Positions 18,560 through 28,277 of a stretch of DNA of 64,000 nucleotides are shown here, in pieces. The position numbers and the translations under genes were made by a program. The notes below the pieces were generated by a model. It did no database searches and had not been told where the DNA came from. It saw nothing but the letters and a program-made list of their open reading frames with translations. This DNA is from Candidatus Bathyarchaeota archaeon (GTDB taxonomy: Archaea; Thermoproteota; Bathyarchaeia; TCS64): NCBI GenBank assembly GCA_026014875.1, contig JAOZHO010000037.1, forward strand, positions 359,819 through 423,818, in the 5' to 3' direction. Numbering within the stretch: the first letter of the stretch is position 1; every line of letters begins with the position of its first letter.

Positions 18560-18940
18560 TCAGGTTTCCCAGCCGTCGTTGATCAGGTAGAGGGGCTTCT
18601 CACCGTTCACCATACGCGCGAGGTTGTCGGCGATCTGCTCAGTGAACTGGTTCTCTGCGTTCCAAGTTCCGCTGGTGATGTGGGGAGTCAGGATCACGTT
18701 GTCGATGCACTTGAATGTCTGTCTGAGAGCCTCCTGCTCGTCAGGGTTCCGCTGAATGTCTACTCCGGCACCCCACAACTCCCCCCCGTAACGTGTCGGC
18801 GAGGACCCGCTCATCCCCCGGGTCTCCTCGGTGAGTGGCGCGTTGATGCGGATAATCTGCGAGTTCCTAAGGAGGTCTTCAAGGGTCCCGTAATCGACCC
18901 CGAGGGCCGCCTCTCGAGCCTCGAAGAGTGGGATTTGGGA
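18560..18940 (-). pseudogene. remnant of a D-isomer-specific 2-hydroxyacid dehydrogenase (C-terminal portion only)
   Basis: Frame opens right after a TAA and reads ...DYGTLEDLLRNSQIIRINAPLTEETRG...NVILTPHITSGT..., the C-terminal signature of D-2-HADH enzymes. The NAD-binding N-terminal half is absent; upstream space is occupied by the aminotransferase gene. The central region also looks shortened. Confidence 0.55.
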
Positions 18941-19047
18941 GTTTTTTCTTTACCGGTTTCTTGCAGATTCGGGTTCCTGAGCCCGGGGAGTTCTTCCACT
19001 CAAAATAAATAGGGGCCTATAACTATGTCTCACTCAAGGTATCGAAA

Positions 19048-20205
19048 GTGTTCAGCAATCAATTTAACTCGGCGACCATCGAGGGGATGCTAGCGGCCCC
19101 GGGCAGGAAGTGGCACACCCACCCCCCGGACGTCATACCCCTCTGGATAGCCGACCCGGACTTCCCCATCGCGATGGAGATCAAGAAGGCCCTCCTCAAC
19201 TGCATCCACGACGAGGACCTTTTCTACAAATCCGACGAGCCCACCATGGCGGCTATGGCGGAGAAGGTGACCAGGAGGAACGGCCTCGAGGCTAAGGAGG
19301 AGGACATCCTCATCACCCAGGGGGTCATCCCCGCGATGTGGCTCGCAGTGAACCACGCCTGCAAAGCGGGGGACGAGGTGATAGCCACCGACCCCATGTA
19401 CTTCCACTTCTACACGGCACAAGAGGTCACCGGCACAACCCCGATCCGCTGGCCCATCGACATGGAGGAGGGGTACAAGTTCGACGAGGAGACCCTCAAA
19501 GAGCTGGTGACCCCCAAGACGAAGCTCATCTTCGTCTGCAACCCCCACAACCCCGTGGGCAGGGTCATGACCAAGGAGGAGCTCAATGCCATCGCCGACA
19601 TCGCCGTGGACAACGAGATCACGGTGATGAGCGACGAACTCTGGGAGGACATCATCTTCGACGGCCGGGAGCACATCACCCTTGCCTCCCTGAGCCCCGA
19701 GATAGAGAGGCTCACCATGACAACATGGGGATTCTCCAAGACCTTCGGCGTCGCCGGGCTCCGGATGGGCTACACCTGCGCCACCGACAAGGACATGATG
19801 ACGAACCTCAGGAGGCTCTCCGCGGACATCACACGCACCACGAACAACATGGCCAAGGCCGCCGCCCCAGTGATGCTGGACCACCGCCTCGACTGGTGGC
19901 GACGAGACGTCGTGGAGCATCTGGAGATGATCAGGGGCATATGCTACAAGAGGCTGGACGAGCTACCCAACGTCACCTACCCGGAGCTGGAGGGCACATA
20001 CCTGATGTTCCCCAAGTTCGACTACGGCAAGACCAGCGACGAGCTCAACCAATACATGCTGGAAGAGGGGAAGCTCGCCTTCTCGTCGGGCACCGCGTTC
20101 GGCGCCCGGGGAGAGGGGCACCTCAGGTTCTGCATGGCGACCAGCGAGACCCTCATCAACGAGGTCTTCGACAGGCTCGAGAAGGCCCTCGCCAAGCTGA
20201 AGTGA
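19048..20205 (+). CDS. PLP-dependent aminotransferase class I/II fold enzyme (MalY/PatB-like C-S lyase or aminotransferase)
   Basis: 385 aa with the PLP lysine in FSKTFGVAGLRMGY; fold type I. Confidence 0.8.
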   Translation: MFSNQFNSATIEGMLAAPGRKWHTHPPDVIPLWIADPDFPIAMEIKKALLNCIHDEDLFYKSDEPTMAAMAEKVTRRNGLEAKEEDILITQGVIPAMWLAVNHACKAGDEVIATDPMYFHFYTAQEVTGTTPIRWPIDMEEGYKFDEETLKELVTPKTKLIFVCNPHNPVGRVMTKEELNAIADIAVDNEITVMSDELWEDIIFDGREHITLASLSPEIERLTMTTWGFSKTFGVAGLRMGYTCATDKDMMTNLRRLSADITRTTNNMAKAAAPVMLDHRLDWWRRDVVEHLEMIRGICYKRLDELPNVTYPELEGTYLMFPKFDYGKTSDELNQYMLEEGKLAFSSGTAFGARGEGHLRFCMATSETLINEVFDRLEKALAKLK

Positions 20206-20239
20206 CCTTATCCCGGGGGCACAGCCCCCACCAGATTTC

Positions 20240-20689
20240 TCAATATTTTCTTATGTCGTTCAGCAGGGTCCCTGCCTCGGCCCTCTCCCGCTCCTCCTTG
20301 AGATGGCCCTCGAACCCTATCTCCTTGACCCGCTCATAGTACTCCAAGACGAAGGGGTACCGGCCCCGCTGGTACTCTGTCCTGGGGCACTCCGGGAACT
20401 CCTCGCAGAGGAGGCAGCTCCCCTTCTCCACGACCTTCTCGCATTTGAGGACCTCGCACCACGGCTCCTCGATGTTCCGGCATGTGGGGCAGCCGTAGGA
20501 CTCGATGAAGAAGTCGAGACCCCTACGGTACTCCGCCCAGTCGAAGCCGCCGTGGCCCTCCGGGAAGTCATTGAAAAAGTCTGATGTGAGCCTCTTCAGC
20601 TCCTCAGCGAGCTCCACGACCCTCCCGTTTCCGGCGGAGCACATCTCGCAGGAGACTCCGCAACGACCGAATTGATAGTCGCCCTCCAT
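20240..20689 (-). CDS. cysteine-rich DUF3795-like protein
   Basis: Multiple CxxC-type clusters (CGVSCEMC, CPTC, CEVLKCEK, CLLCEEFPEC) resembling DUF3795. Confidence 0.5.
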   Translation of the reverse strand: MEGDYQFGRCGVSCEMCSAGNGRVVELAEELKRLTSDFFNDFPEGHGGFDWAEYRRGLDFFIESYGCPTCRNIEEPWCEVLKCEKVVEKGSCLLCEEFPECPRTEYQRGRYPFVLEYYERVKEIGFEGHLKEERERAEAGTLLNDIRKY

Positions 20690-20981
20690 CCCGTATCCCG
20701 GGTCTTAACGGATTCTTAGAGGTAATAATGGTTGTCGGCGGCGGCTCACCCGGAGAGGAGCCTCCGGTGCTCCACTTTAATGCATCCATCCATGACCACC
20801 GTCGTACCGGCTGCTATGGCCTTCTCCGCTGCCCCCTCCAGCACGATTGAGACATCCTCGGTCATAATGATTCGCCAGTCCCTGCATGAATGAACCGGGC
20901 ACCGTTCATTAAATGGACGCGCCGAGGATGGATAAATCTAGTCCGAAGGATAACCGATTTAAAACGGATGAATCCGGGGGG

Positions 20982-21293
20982 TCAAGTCTTGCCCAGGGCA
21001 CGCATCTTCTTCCCGGAGCTCGTGAGCCCGCGGAAAGCTCTGCCCCTATGGGGCTTCGAGGTCTGCTTCGGCTTGGGGACCCTGAAGCCCTCCTTCCGGG
21101 CCTTCGCGATCCACTCCTTGAGGACCTCCACGTTCTCGGGGTAGCTGGTGCTCCTCCTCTGGTCCACGGGCACACCGAGGTGGCGCGCCTCGCCGACGTT
21201 GACGCCGGCCTCCTTGACCTCGTCGATTGAGAATCCTTTGCCGGTCTTGATCCTGGTGCCCCGCTTCACTATCGGTGAGATCATCCTTACCAT
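20982..21293 (-). CDS. rpl13e: 50S ribosomal protein L13e
   Basis: GKGFSIDEVKEAGV...ARHLGVPVDQRR matches the eukaryote/archaeal L13e core (GRGFSLEEL..AGI...AR.IGI.VD.RR). Confidence 0.8.
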   Translation of the reverse strand: MVRMISPIVKRGTRIKTGKGFSIDEVKEAGVNVGEARHLGVPVDQRRSTSYPENVEVLKEWIAKARKEGFRVPKPKQTSKPHRGRAFRGLTSSGKKMRALGKT

Positions 21294-21299
21294 ACGGGA

Positions 21300-21725
21300 T
21301 CACCTGTAGCTCTTCTGTTTCCTGCGCCGGGCGCCGGGGCCGCCGAACTTTTTAGGCTCCTTCCGCCTTCCGTCCCCTGCGAGCATGGTCCTGTCGTAGG
21401 CGATGTAGGCGGTCCTGAGCCTCTTGCCCCGGGTCCACTTCACGAAGCCATGGGCGATGCCTATCCGGACCGCCTCGGCCTGGCTCATGTAGCCGCCTCC
21501 GTGGACTTTGACCTTGATGTCGACGTTGTCCGCGATCTCACCGGCGACCATGACGGACTCTATGATCTTCTCCCGGGCGATGAGGGGCTGGTAGAAGTGT
21601 ATGGGGGTGTTGTTGATCCTGATGCGTCCCTTCCCCTCGGTTAGGACGACCCGGGCCTTGCTGGTCTTCCTCTTACCGACGGTGAGCTGCGCCTTCTTCC
21701 TCGACGACATGACTATACCTTCCAT
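21300..21725 (-). CDS. rps9: 30S ribosomal protein S9 (uS9)
   Basis: Family match ending in the ...KSYR tail; possible start at the internal M (MSSRKK). Confidence 0.9.
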   Translation of the reverse strand: MEGIVMSSRKKAQLTVGKRKTSKARVVLTEGKGRIRINNTPIHFYQPLIAREKIIESVMVAGEIADNVDIKVKVHGGGYMSQAEAVRIGIAHGFVKWTRGKRLRTAYIAYDRTMLAGDGRRKEPKKFGGPGARRRKQKSYR

Positions 21726-22144
21726 CCTATGTTCTTCGCGATCTCGCCCACGGTGATGTACCGCTCCTTCAGCCTCTCAACGGAGGCTTTGGGGAGGCTC
21801 TCCGTCTCGACGCCATGGAGCTCCCGGGGCACGCCGATGTGCACCTTCAATCTCCCGAATGCCTCCCGCCCCCGGTGCTTCCTGCGGGGAAGCATCCCCC
21901 GGACGGTCCTCCGGATGATGGCGTTGGGCTTACGGTAGTGGAAGGGTCCCTTGGTCGGGCCTCCCACCTCGAGGAATTCCTTCCTCTCTTTGATGACCAT
22001 CTTCCTCTTACCCGAGACCACGGCGCCTTCGGCGTTGACGATCTCGATACGCTCCCCGCTGAGGAGCCTCTTGGCGACGAGACTGGCCATCCTGCCTAGG
22101 ATCAGCCCTTCGGCGTCGATGATCGTCGTTCCCTGTGCGCTCAT
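21713..22144 (-). CDS. rpl13: 50S ribosomal protein L13 (uL13)
   Basis: Family match; overlaps the S9 start, typical operon. Confidence 0.9.
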   Translation of the reverse strand: MSAQGTTIIDAEGLILGRMASLVAKRLLSGERIEIVNAEGAVVSGKRKMVIKERKEFLEVGGPTKGPFHYRKPNAIIRRTVRGMLPRRKHRGREAFGRLKVHIGVPRELHGVETESLPKASVERLKERYITVGEIAKNIGWKV

Positions 22145-22291
22145 TCATCATTCACCTTTTCATTCTCGGGTTTTGGAATGCGTAAGTTGTGAATCCCGGA
22201 GGACGTATAAATGTTTTCCAACTGAGAACTGAGCCTTATAGAACTCGAACTAACTTGACCAGACTCCCGCCCAGGCTTTCGAGAAGGACGG

Positions 22292-22603
22292 TCACCCGAG
22301 GGTGAGGATTCCTTTATCCCTGAGCCAGTGAGCCTGGTTCGCAGTGTACCGGAAGATTATGTCTCCCTTCTGCTCATACATGAAGTCCCACGGCGAGACC
22401 AGAACGATGTCCCCTTCCCGGACCCAGTTACGCTTCTTCATCTTGCCCCGGACCCTGCACATCCTCTGGTGCCCGTCCTGGCAGATGACCCTCATGCGGG
22501 TGTAGCCCAGGTTCTTGTCCACCAAGCCCAGTATATCGTTCCTGTTGGGCATGAGCATTCTCCTCCGGATGTCGCTCTCGCTCTTGACCAGTTTCTTACC
22601 CAT
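22292..22603 (-). CDS. eif1a: translation initiation factor aIF-1A (S1/OB fold)
   Basis: GDIVLVSPWDFMYEQKGDIIFRY and the conserved region upstream match aIF-1A/eIF-1A. Confidence 0.85.
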   Translation of the reverse strand: MGKKLVKSESDIRRRMLMPNRNDILGLVDKNLGYTRMRVICQDGHQRMCRVRGKMKKRNWVREGDIVLVSPWDFMYEQKGDIIFRYTANQAHWLRDKGILTLG

Positions 22604-22687
22604 TGTATCCTATTCCGGGCTACAAATTCGGAGCCGTCCCTTATAAAACACCCCGTTTATGAAGAAAGGAACGCCGAGAAGTATCTA

Positions 22688-22708
22688 CCTAAAAAAGCGG
22701 TAAAAGGA
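22688..22708 (-). terminator. oligo-T tract right after the L10 stop
   Basis: Minus strand reads CTCCTTTTACCGCTTTTTTAGG within 25 nt of the L10 stop. Archaeal terminators are T-tracts. Confidence 0.3.
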
Positions 22709-22711
22709 GAC

Positions 22712-23575
22712 CTAGCCACTGGCCTGGGCCTTCCCCACGGCCTTGGCCAAGGTCACGGCCTGAGCGTTCGCCCTAGCCACGAGCTCCTCCACGGTCTCCG
22801 GGGTCACCCACGCAGACTCTAGGGCCAGCATCCTGACATTCTGGGCAGCCAAGGAGATCAGCGGCATGATGGTCATGGAGGTGACATAGGCCGCGTTGAG
22901 GGCGACCTGGTAGGCTTCGCTGGAGGCCCTGGAGAGACGCTCCGAGTATACATTAACGTCGAGGATGAGCTCCTCCTTGGGGATGACGATGCCGTCCTCG
23001 TAGACTGCCTTGATCTCCAGACCCATCTCCGACGCCCTCACCCCGAGACGGGTGAGGAGGTCCGCTAGGTCGGCGGAGATCTCGTCCCCGGCCTTGGCGA
23101 CCACTGTGTCGCTGACGACCCAGATGTTCCCCGCCTCGATGCGGGTCCTGATGGAGAGGCCCCCGAACTTGCTGATGATGGGGCCCGGGCTGAGCCCCGT
23201 GTTCCCCGCGGGGACCATGAGGTCCTCGAGGGCGATGTCCCCCGCCTTGGCGAAGACCCTCACCTTGTTCTTGTGGAGGGTCATCGCGAGGCTGAAGGGG
23301 TTCCCGTTGCTGAAGATGTAGATGTTCTGCCCCTTGATCTGGGCGAGGAAGCCCTCGGTTCCCTGGAGGCCGATCTTCTCCATGGAGATGCGCATCAGGT
23401 TGTTCTTGATCCCCTTGATGGTGACCTGGCCCCGGAGCTGCTTCCTGAGATCCTGGAGCATCCCGCTCCCCACCTTGGTGAGGTCGGCGGCCCCGATGAG
23501 CTTGTACTCGTCTAGGAGCTTAACCGTGGAGTCGACGATGGCCATCTTCTCGGCTGAGACCTGGGACATCGTCAT
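22712..23575 (-). CDS. rpl10: 50S ribosomal protein L10 (uL10/P0 homologue), apparently lacking the acidic C-terminal tail
   Basis: 287 aa P0/L10 family. Ends ...LAKAVGKAQASG with no Glu-rich tail; the L12/P1 gene is not downstream. Confidence 0.85.
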   Translation of the reverse strand: MTMSQVSAEKMAIVDSTVKLLDEYKLIGAADLTKVGSGMLQDLRKQLRGQVTIKGIKNNLMRISMEKIGLQGTEGFLAQIKGQNIYIFSNGNPFSLAMTLHKNKVRVFAKAGDIALEDLMVPAGNTGLSPGPIISKFGGLSIRTRIEAGNIWVVSDTVVAKAGDEISADLADLLTRLGVRASEMGLEIKAVYEDGIVIPKEELILDVNVYSERLSRASSEAYQVALNAAYVTSMTIMPLISLAAQNVRMLALESAWVTPETVEELVARANAQAVTLAKAVGKAQASG

Positions 23576-24216
23576 ATCACCTTGATCGCGGGGCCCATGG
23601 TGAGCTTAAGGAAGACCGACTTTACGTTGTTCGCCCCCCGGTTCAGGACTCCGGTTAGGTTGCTAAGCAAGTACTCGATGTTATCGGCGAGCTCCTCGTC
23701 GGGCATCGACTCCTTGCCGACCTTGCACTTCACGAACGGCCTGTCCTGACTCCTCAGGATCACCGTCCGCCTCTCCCTCTCAAGGATGGCGTCGATGGGG
23801 GCCTGGGGGGGAACCGGGGTAGGCATCTTTCCCCTGGGGCCCAGGATGGGGCCGGCTACGCGGCCCACGGTGGGCATCAGGGGCGCCTCGGCCACGAATA
23901 TATCGTAGTCCTTGAGCTGCCTCTTCGCCTCCTTCTTATCGGCGCCCAACGCGTTGAGCTCCGTGGGCTCGATGACCCTGTCAGCCCCAGCCCTGCGGGC
24001 TCGCAAGGCCAGGTCTCCCTGGGCGAATATCAATACCTTCTGGCCGCCGACCCCGTGAGGCAGCTGGACCCTGAGGTTGACCCTGTTGTCGGGCTGCCTC
24101 ATATCCAGATCCTTGAGGTTGACGGTCAGGTCTATGGACTGTTCGAAGCCCCTCGGGGGGGCCACCTCCCTAGCCTTCGCGAGGGAGTCCATTATTACGT
24201 CCTTCCGGACCGACAT
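23572..24216 (-). CDS. rpl1: 50S ribosomal protein L1 (uL1)
   Basis: Family match; 4-bp overlap with L10. Confidence 0.9.
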   Translation of the reverse strand: MSVRKDVIMDSLAKAREVAPPRGFEQSIDLTVNLKDLDMRQPDNRVNLRVQLPHGVGGQKVLIFAQGDLALRARRAGADRVIEPTELNALGADKKEAKRQLKDYDIFVAEAPLMPTVGRVAGPILGPRGKMPTPVPPQAPIDAILERERRTVILRSQDRPFVKCKVGKESMPDEELADNIEYLLSNLTGVLNRGANNVKSVFLKLTMGPAIKVI

Positions 24217-24258
24217 TTCAGATTCCTCTTGATTTCACACTGGACCATCTATAAAGCT

Positions 24259-24747
24259 TTACGAGGCCTCCACGAGCCTCGAGTCGAAGTCTCCGGCGGC
24301 GATCTGGTCCTGGATCGCCTTGCCGTGCTGCCCCTCCACGGTGACCCCCATGCTCTGACAGCTCCCCACTATCTCCTTCACGGCGGATTTCAGTGTGGAC
24401 GAGAAGAGGCCGTCCCTCTTCTTCCTGGCGATGTCCACCAGCTGATCGAATGTGAGGTCGCCGACGAAGTCGGTGTTGGGGGTCTGGGAGCCCTTGCTTA
24501 TGCTCAGGGTCTGGGTGATGAGGGCGAATGTGGAGAGCATCCCCACCTTCACGGTGAACTCCTTGGTGTCGGTGTCGATGGTGACATCCACGGGGATGGG
24601 GACCCCCGCGTACTCGGCGGTCTCCTCGTTGATCTTGTTGACTATCGTCATGATGTTGACGCCGAGGGGTCCCAGGGCGGGCCCTATGGGGGGTCCGCCT
24701 GTGGCCTCGCCGCCGTTCACGATGAAGTTGAATGTTTTCTCTACCAT
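24259..24747 (-). CDS. rpl11: 50S ribosomal protein L11 (uL11)
   Basis: GGEATGGPPIGPALGPLGVN motif; real start likely the internal M (MVEKTF) rather than 24780. Confidence 0.9.
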   Translation of the reverse strand: MVEKTFNFIVNGGEATGGPPIGPALGPLGVNIMTIVNKINEETAEYAGVPIPVDVTIDTDTKEFTVKVGMLSTFALITQTLSISKGSQTPNTDFVGDLTFDQLVDIARKKRDGLFSSTLKSAVKEIVGSCQSMGVTVEGQHGKAIQDQIAAGDFDSRLVEAS

Positions 24748-24748
24748 T

Positions 24749-25216
24749 TTATGCAGTTGCTCCTTTGATCTCCCGGACATAGTCTGCGTGGACTGTGATG
24801 GGCAGGGTGAATGCGGCCTCCAGGATCTCCACGGTGACCTCCTCCTTGGAGGAGTCCACCCTGACGATCTTGGCCTCCATCCCCTTGAAGGGGCCCGCGA
24901 TGACCTCCACCAGGATTCCCTCCTCGAGGCCCTCGATGACGGGCTTGCTTACGAGGTAGTGGTCCACCTCTTTGGGGTTCACGAGGCCCTGCACCCTGGA
25001 TCGGGTGTGGCGCATCCCTCTGATGAGCTCGTCTACCGCGTGGGGGGCCAATGACTCGACTATGATGTATCCCTTCAGCTCGATGGGGGAGAGAATTGAA
25101 GCTATGGGGATGCCCTCGACAGTCGACTTGTCGGCGAGCATCGAGGCTACGTTCCTCTCCTGACCCATGGTCACCTTGACCGCGTAAAGCTGTGTTCGGG
25201 GCGTATGTTCGGACAA
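24749..25216 (-). CDS. spt5: transcription elongation factor Spt5 (NusG homologue)
   Basis: NGN domain (YAVKVTMGQERNVA) and KOW domain (GILVEVIAGPFKGMEAKIVRVD). Confidence 0.85.
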   Translation of the reverse strand: MSEHTPRTQLYAVKVTMGQERNVASMLADKSTVEGIPIASILSPIELKGYIIVESLAPHAVDELIRGMRHTRSRVQGLVNPKEVDHYLVSKPVIEGLEEGILVEVIAGPFKGMEAKIVRVDSSKEEVTVEILEAAFTLPITVHADYVREIKGATA

Positions 25217-25554
25217 ACTATCACGTCCGGTGTAACCATTGAAGGAAAAGACTTGGTTATTAATATAACGATTATATTTTCGTGACGGGGTGCCCTAGTC
25301 CCCACATTCTCCAAGTGTTCTGCCTAATTTCCCGCGGACTTCATCAAATAGGGGAGTGAAAGACCGTTCAACTATCGTATTTCAGATGATTCCGAGGCCC
25401 GTGAGGCGGGTCATTGACCAGGGTGACCAGCACGAGAACAACATTCTTGAATGATACCTCTTCGATGCGATTCTAATCTTGATAGTCCACTCAGTGATGT
25501 GAAAACATTTATCAGCCACCCGAGATTCACGGGGAGTAAATCGAGCTGATCAAG

Positions 25555-26748
25555 GTGTTGGAGAGAGACGGCAACCTACCGATGAGCTTCTACATCGTCT
25601 CCTTCTCCTCCTTCCTCTTCGAGCTCTCCCGGCACATCACCCAGCCTATCTTCACCCTTTACATCCTCGATATGGGGGCCTCCCTCGTCCAGGTGGGGCT
25701 CATCCTCTCCGTACAGTCCATACTGATGACTGTGGTGAGGATCCCCCTCGCGATGGTCTCCAACAGGGTGGGCCACAACAGGATGTTCCTCGTCGCCTTC
25801 TTCATCCAGGCCACAGCCCCCATCCTCTACGCGATCGCCCCGGACCCCTCCTGGCTCTACGTCATCCCCTTCTACCAGATCCTCGCCTCTGGCTCCTTCA
25901 ATCAGCTAGCGATGTCCACGGTGTCCAACATGGCCCCGGCGACGAGGCAGGGAGACGCCCTCGGACGCTACATGACATTCATGTCCATGGGGATGTTCGT
26001 GGGCCCCATCATCGCGGGGAGCCTCGTCACTCATATCAGCTACCGCCAGCTCTTCATGGTCACCGCCATATTCCCCGCGATCGGCCTCGGACTCTTCCTC
26101 AAATTCAAGCCCAAGGGATTGCGTGCGCCACCCGTAGAGGAGACATCCCCCGAGGAGGGGCCGGGCACCATGGAAATCCTCAAGGTGATCCTCAGGGACA
26201 GAAACGTCCTGGTCCTCACGTTCATCAGGACCGCATACGCGATGTCCGCCACCGTGCTCACGAGCCTCTTCGCCGTCTTCGCAGTCCGAGACCTCGGGTT
26301 CACCCCTGCCCTCGCAGCGCTGCTCTTCTCGGCGGTTGGCTTCTCCAACGCCTTCATCAAGCTCCCCGCCGGCAGGGTGGCTGACGCCCTGGGACCCAGG
26401 AAGGTCCTCTTCGCCACTTTCTCGACGCTGATCCTCGTATACGTCTCCATGTCCTACGCGAGGGGCGTGGCGCCCATCCTCCTCCTGCTGGTCCTGTTCG
26501 GGGCGTGCTGGGGGACGAGGGCGGTGACCGAGTGGTCCACCCTCACGAACAGCGTCACCCAGGAAACCAAGACCATTGCGATATCCTACCTCGGCAGCAT
26601 CTGGGGGGTGGGGGCGACCCTGGGCAGCTTCATGGTGGGGGCCGTGGGTGAAAGGTTCCCGTTCTCGACCATCTTCCTCATGCTGGCCCTGATAAACATC
26701 CCAACGCTTCCAGCCATCTATCTCATGAGGAAGAACAAGGAAGCCTAG
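25555..26748 (+). CDS. MFS transporter
   Basis: 12-TM major facilitator topology; possible later start at MSFYIVSF. Confidence 0.8.
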   Translation: MLERDGNLPMSFYIVSFSSFLFELSRHITQPIFTLYILDMGASLVQVGLILSVQSILMTVVRIPLAMVSNRVGHNRMFLVAFFIQATAPILYAIAPDPSWLYVIPFYQILASGSFNQLAMSTVSNMAPATRQGDALGRYMTFMSMGMFVGPIIAGSLVTHISYRQLFMVTAIFPAIGLGLFLKFKPKGLRAPPVEETSPEEGPGTMEILKVILRDRNVLVLTFIRTAYAMSATVLTSLFAVFAVRDLGFTPALAALLFSAVGFSNAFIKLPAGRVADALGPRKVLFATFSTLILVYVSMSYARGVAPILLLLVLFGACWGTRAVTEWSTLTNSVTQETKTIAISYLGSIWGVGATLGSFMVGAVGERFPFSTIFLMLALINIPTLPAIYLMRKNKEA

Positions 26749-27314
26749 GGCGCCCCGAACACGGCCTCGAAGATTTCCCTGATCTCCTCGGGCTTCTCGA
26801 ATGTGGTGATCCCATCCATACCGGAGATCTTCCGCACGTTCTCCGCGTCCTCCTTCCGGACCCTCAGCTCCAGCTCCTCTCCATCAGGTAGGACGGTGAC
26901 GACGGTGCCCTCCCTGTAGTCCACGGGCATCACGTACACAGGGACATAGGCCTTAAGGGCCTGGATCGCGCTGTTGGTGAGCATCGTGTCGGAGATGCCG
27001 TGAGCGATCTTAGCGACGGTGTTGCTCGTAGCGGGGGCGAGGAGGAGAAAGTCGAAGCGTCCTAACTGGAGGCGACCTGTGATGAAGGGGGTGTTCGCGT
27101 CCCTCTCCACCTGGACCCGATCGAAGCACTCTCTGAGCTCGCCGCCCAACCTGTAGAATCGGAGGACCTGCTCCCCCGCCTTGGAGAGGTATATCTCGAT
27201 CTTGATGTTCCCCTTGTAGGCCTCCTTGAGCCCTTTCATCACGTTGAGGGTCTCGTTGATGAGGTCCCCCGCCCCCGTGATTCCCCAGGCTATCTTTCTT
27301 ATTTTATCTGCCAT
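26745..27314 (-). CDS. flavoprotein of the AfpA/archaeoflavoprotein (PF02441) family
   Basis: KIAWGITGAGDLINETLNVM ... LLAPATSNTVAKIAHGISDTMLTNS matches the flavoprotein fold. Confidence 0.6.
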   Translation of the reverse strand: MADKIRKIAWGITGAGDLINETLNVMKGLKEAYKGNIKIEIYLSKAGEQVLRFYRLGGELRECFDRVQVERDANTPFITGRLQLGRFDFLLLAPATSNTVAKIAHGISDTMLTNSAIQALKAYVPVYVMPVDYREGTVVTVLPDGEELELRVRKEDAENVRKISGMDGITTFEKPEEIREIFEAVFGAP

Positions 27315-27315
27315 C

Positions 27316-27915
27316 TCAACTGTCCTCCCTCAGCTTCCTCCGCTCCTCGACTTGCTCCGCGAAACGCCTCACGGTCTTCCGGAGGCTCCTAAGGCCCTCA
27401 TCGTCCTCCATGACTCCCTCCAAAGTGTCCTTGGACCAGAAGGTGGCCCCTAGGTTAGCCCCGAAGGCCCCGCCGCTCACGGCGAGGACCCCGTTCAACG
27501 TATAGAATGTTATGATTTGCTGGATCGCGAGCTCCTGCCCTCCAGACCTGTCACCCCCGACCGCAATGGCTATCCCCGTCTTCCCCCTGAGGACAGCGGG
27601 GTTCTTCGCGAGGAGGGCCCGGGTCCTGTCCATCACCGCCTTGACCTGGGCGCTGACGCCGCCGTTGTAGACGGGGGTGGCGATGACGAGTCCCTCCGCC
27701 TCCTCGAGGAGCGGGTAGAGGCCCTGAACGTCGTCCCGCTGGATGCATCCCTCCCCCTTCAGACAGTGGTCGCAGTGAGTGCAGAAGCCGATCCTCTTCC
27801 CCCGGACCCCCCAGTAAACGGTCTCGAAGCCCCTCACCTCCAGCATCCGGAGGGCCTCCCTGAGGGCGTACTCGGTAGCCTTCGCCCTCGGGCTGCCGCA
27901 CAGCCCCAGGATCAT
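27316..27915 (-). CDS. iron-sulfur flavoprotein (Isf-like, NADPH-dependent FMN reductase fold with compact Cys cluster)
   Basis: ILGLCGSPR flavodoxin-like N-terminus plus the CTHCDHCLKGEGC cluster typical of Isf. Confidence 0.7.
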   Translation of the reverse strand: MILGLCGSPRAKATEYALREALRMLEVRGFETVYWGVRGKRIGFCTHCDHCLKGEGCIQRDDVQGLYPLLEEAEGLVIATPVYNGGVSAQVKAVMDRTRALLAKNPAVLRGKTGIAIAVGGDRSGGQELAIQQIITFYTLNGVLAVSGGAFGANLGATFWSKDTLEGVMEDDEGLRSLRKTVRRFAEQVEERRKLREDS

Positions 27916-28277
27916 CGAGACTTCATCTTTTGGGGGGTTGAAAAACCTTTGTCGTACAAGGGTTTCAGTGTCTTGAATTTTTGATGAGATAAAAAACGTG
28001 CCATACGTTTACTCGCTGCCGCGTTCACGGTCGTCATGTGGCGAGATCCCATGCGAGGAGTTCATCGATTACGGCAGTTATTAATTGGCACACCGGGGGA
28101 TATCTTGTTCGAAGGCTCAGAATTGGAACCATCAGTCGCTTTCCTGTAGTTCGAGTTGATATTCAGCATCGGCGTGGCCTTCGTGATCCCTCTCATGATC
28201 ATCTTCTACGTCGTTTATTCTTACGACAAGGATCTGAAGGACATGCCTCTAGATTAACTCAGAACGGTTCCCGTTGG

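Noticed and set aside
20757-20918. 54-codon minus-strand ORF (MNGAPVHSCRDWRIIMTEDVSIVLEGAAEKAIAAGTTVVMDGCIKVEHRRLLSG) downstream of L13e, starting inside a 7-bp-stem inverted repeat (20889..20910)
   Set aside because: No recognisable family; it is not RpoN, which often follows S9 in archaea. Could be a real small protein but the evidence is insufficient.
28156-28257. 33-codon hydrophobic plus-strand ORF (LIFSIGVAFVIPLMIIFYVVYSYDKDLKDMPLD) with TTG start
   Set aside because: It could be a small membrane peptide, but it has no RBS, needs a non-ATG start, and has no conservation evidence. Left unannotated.
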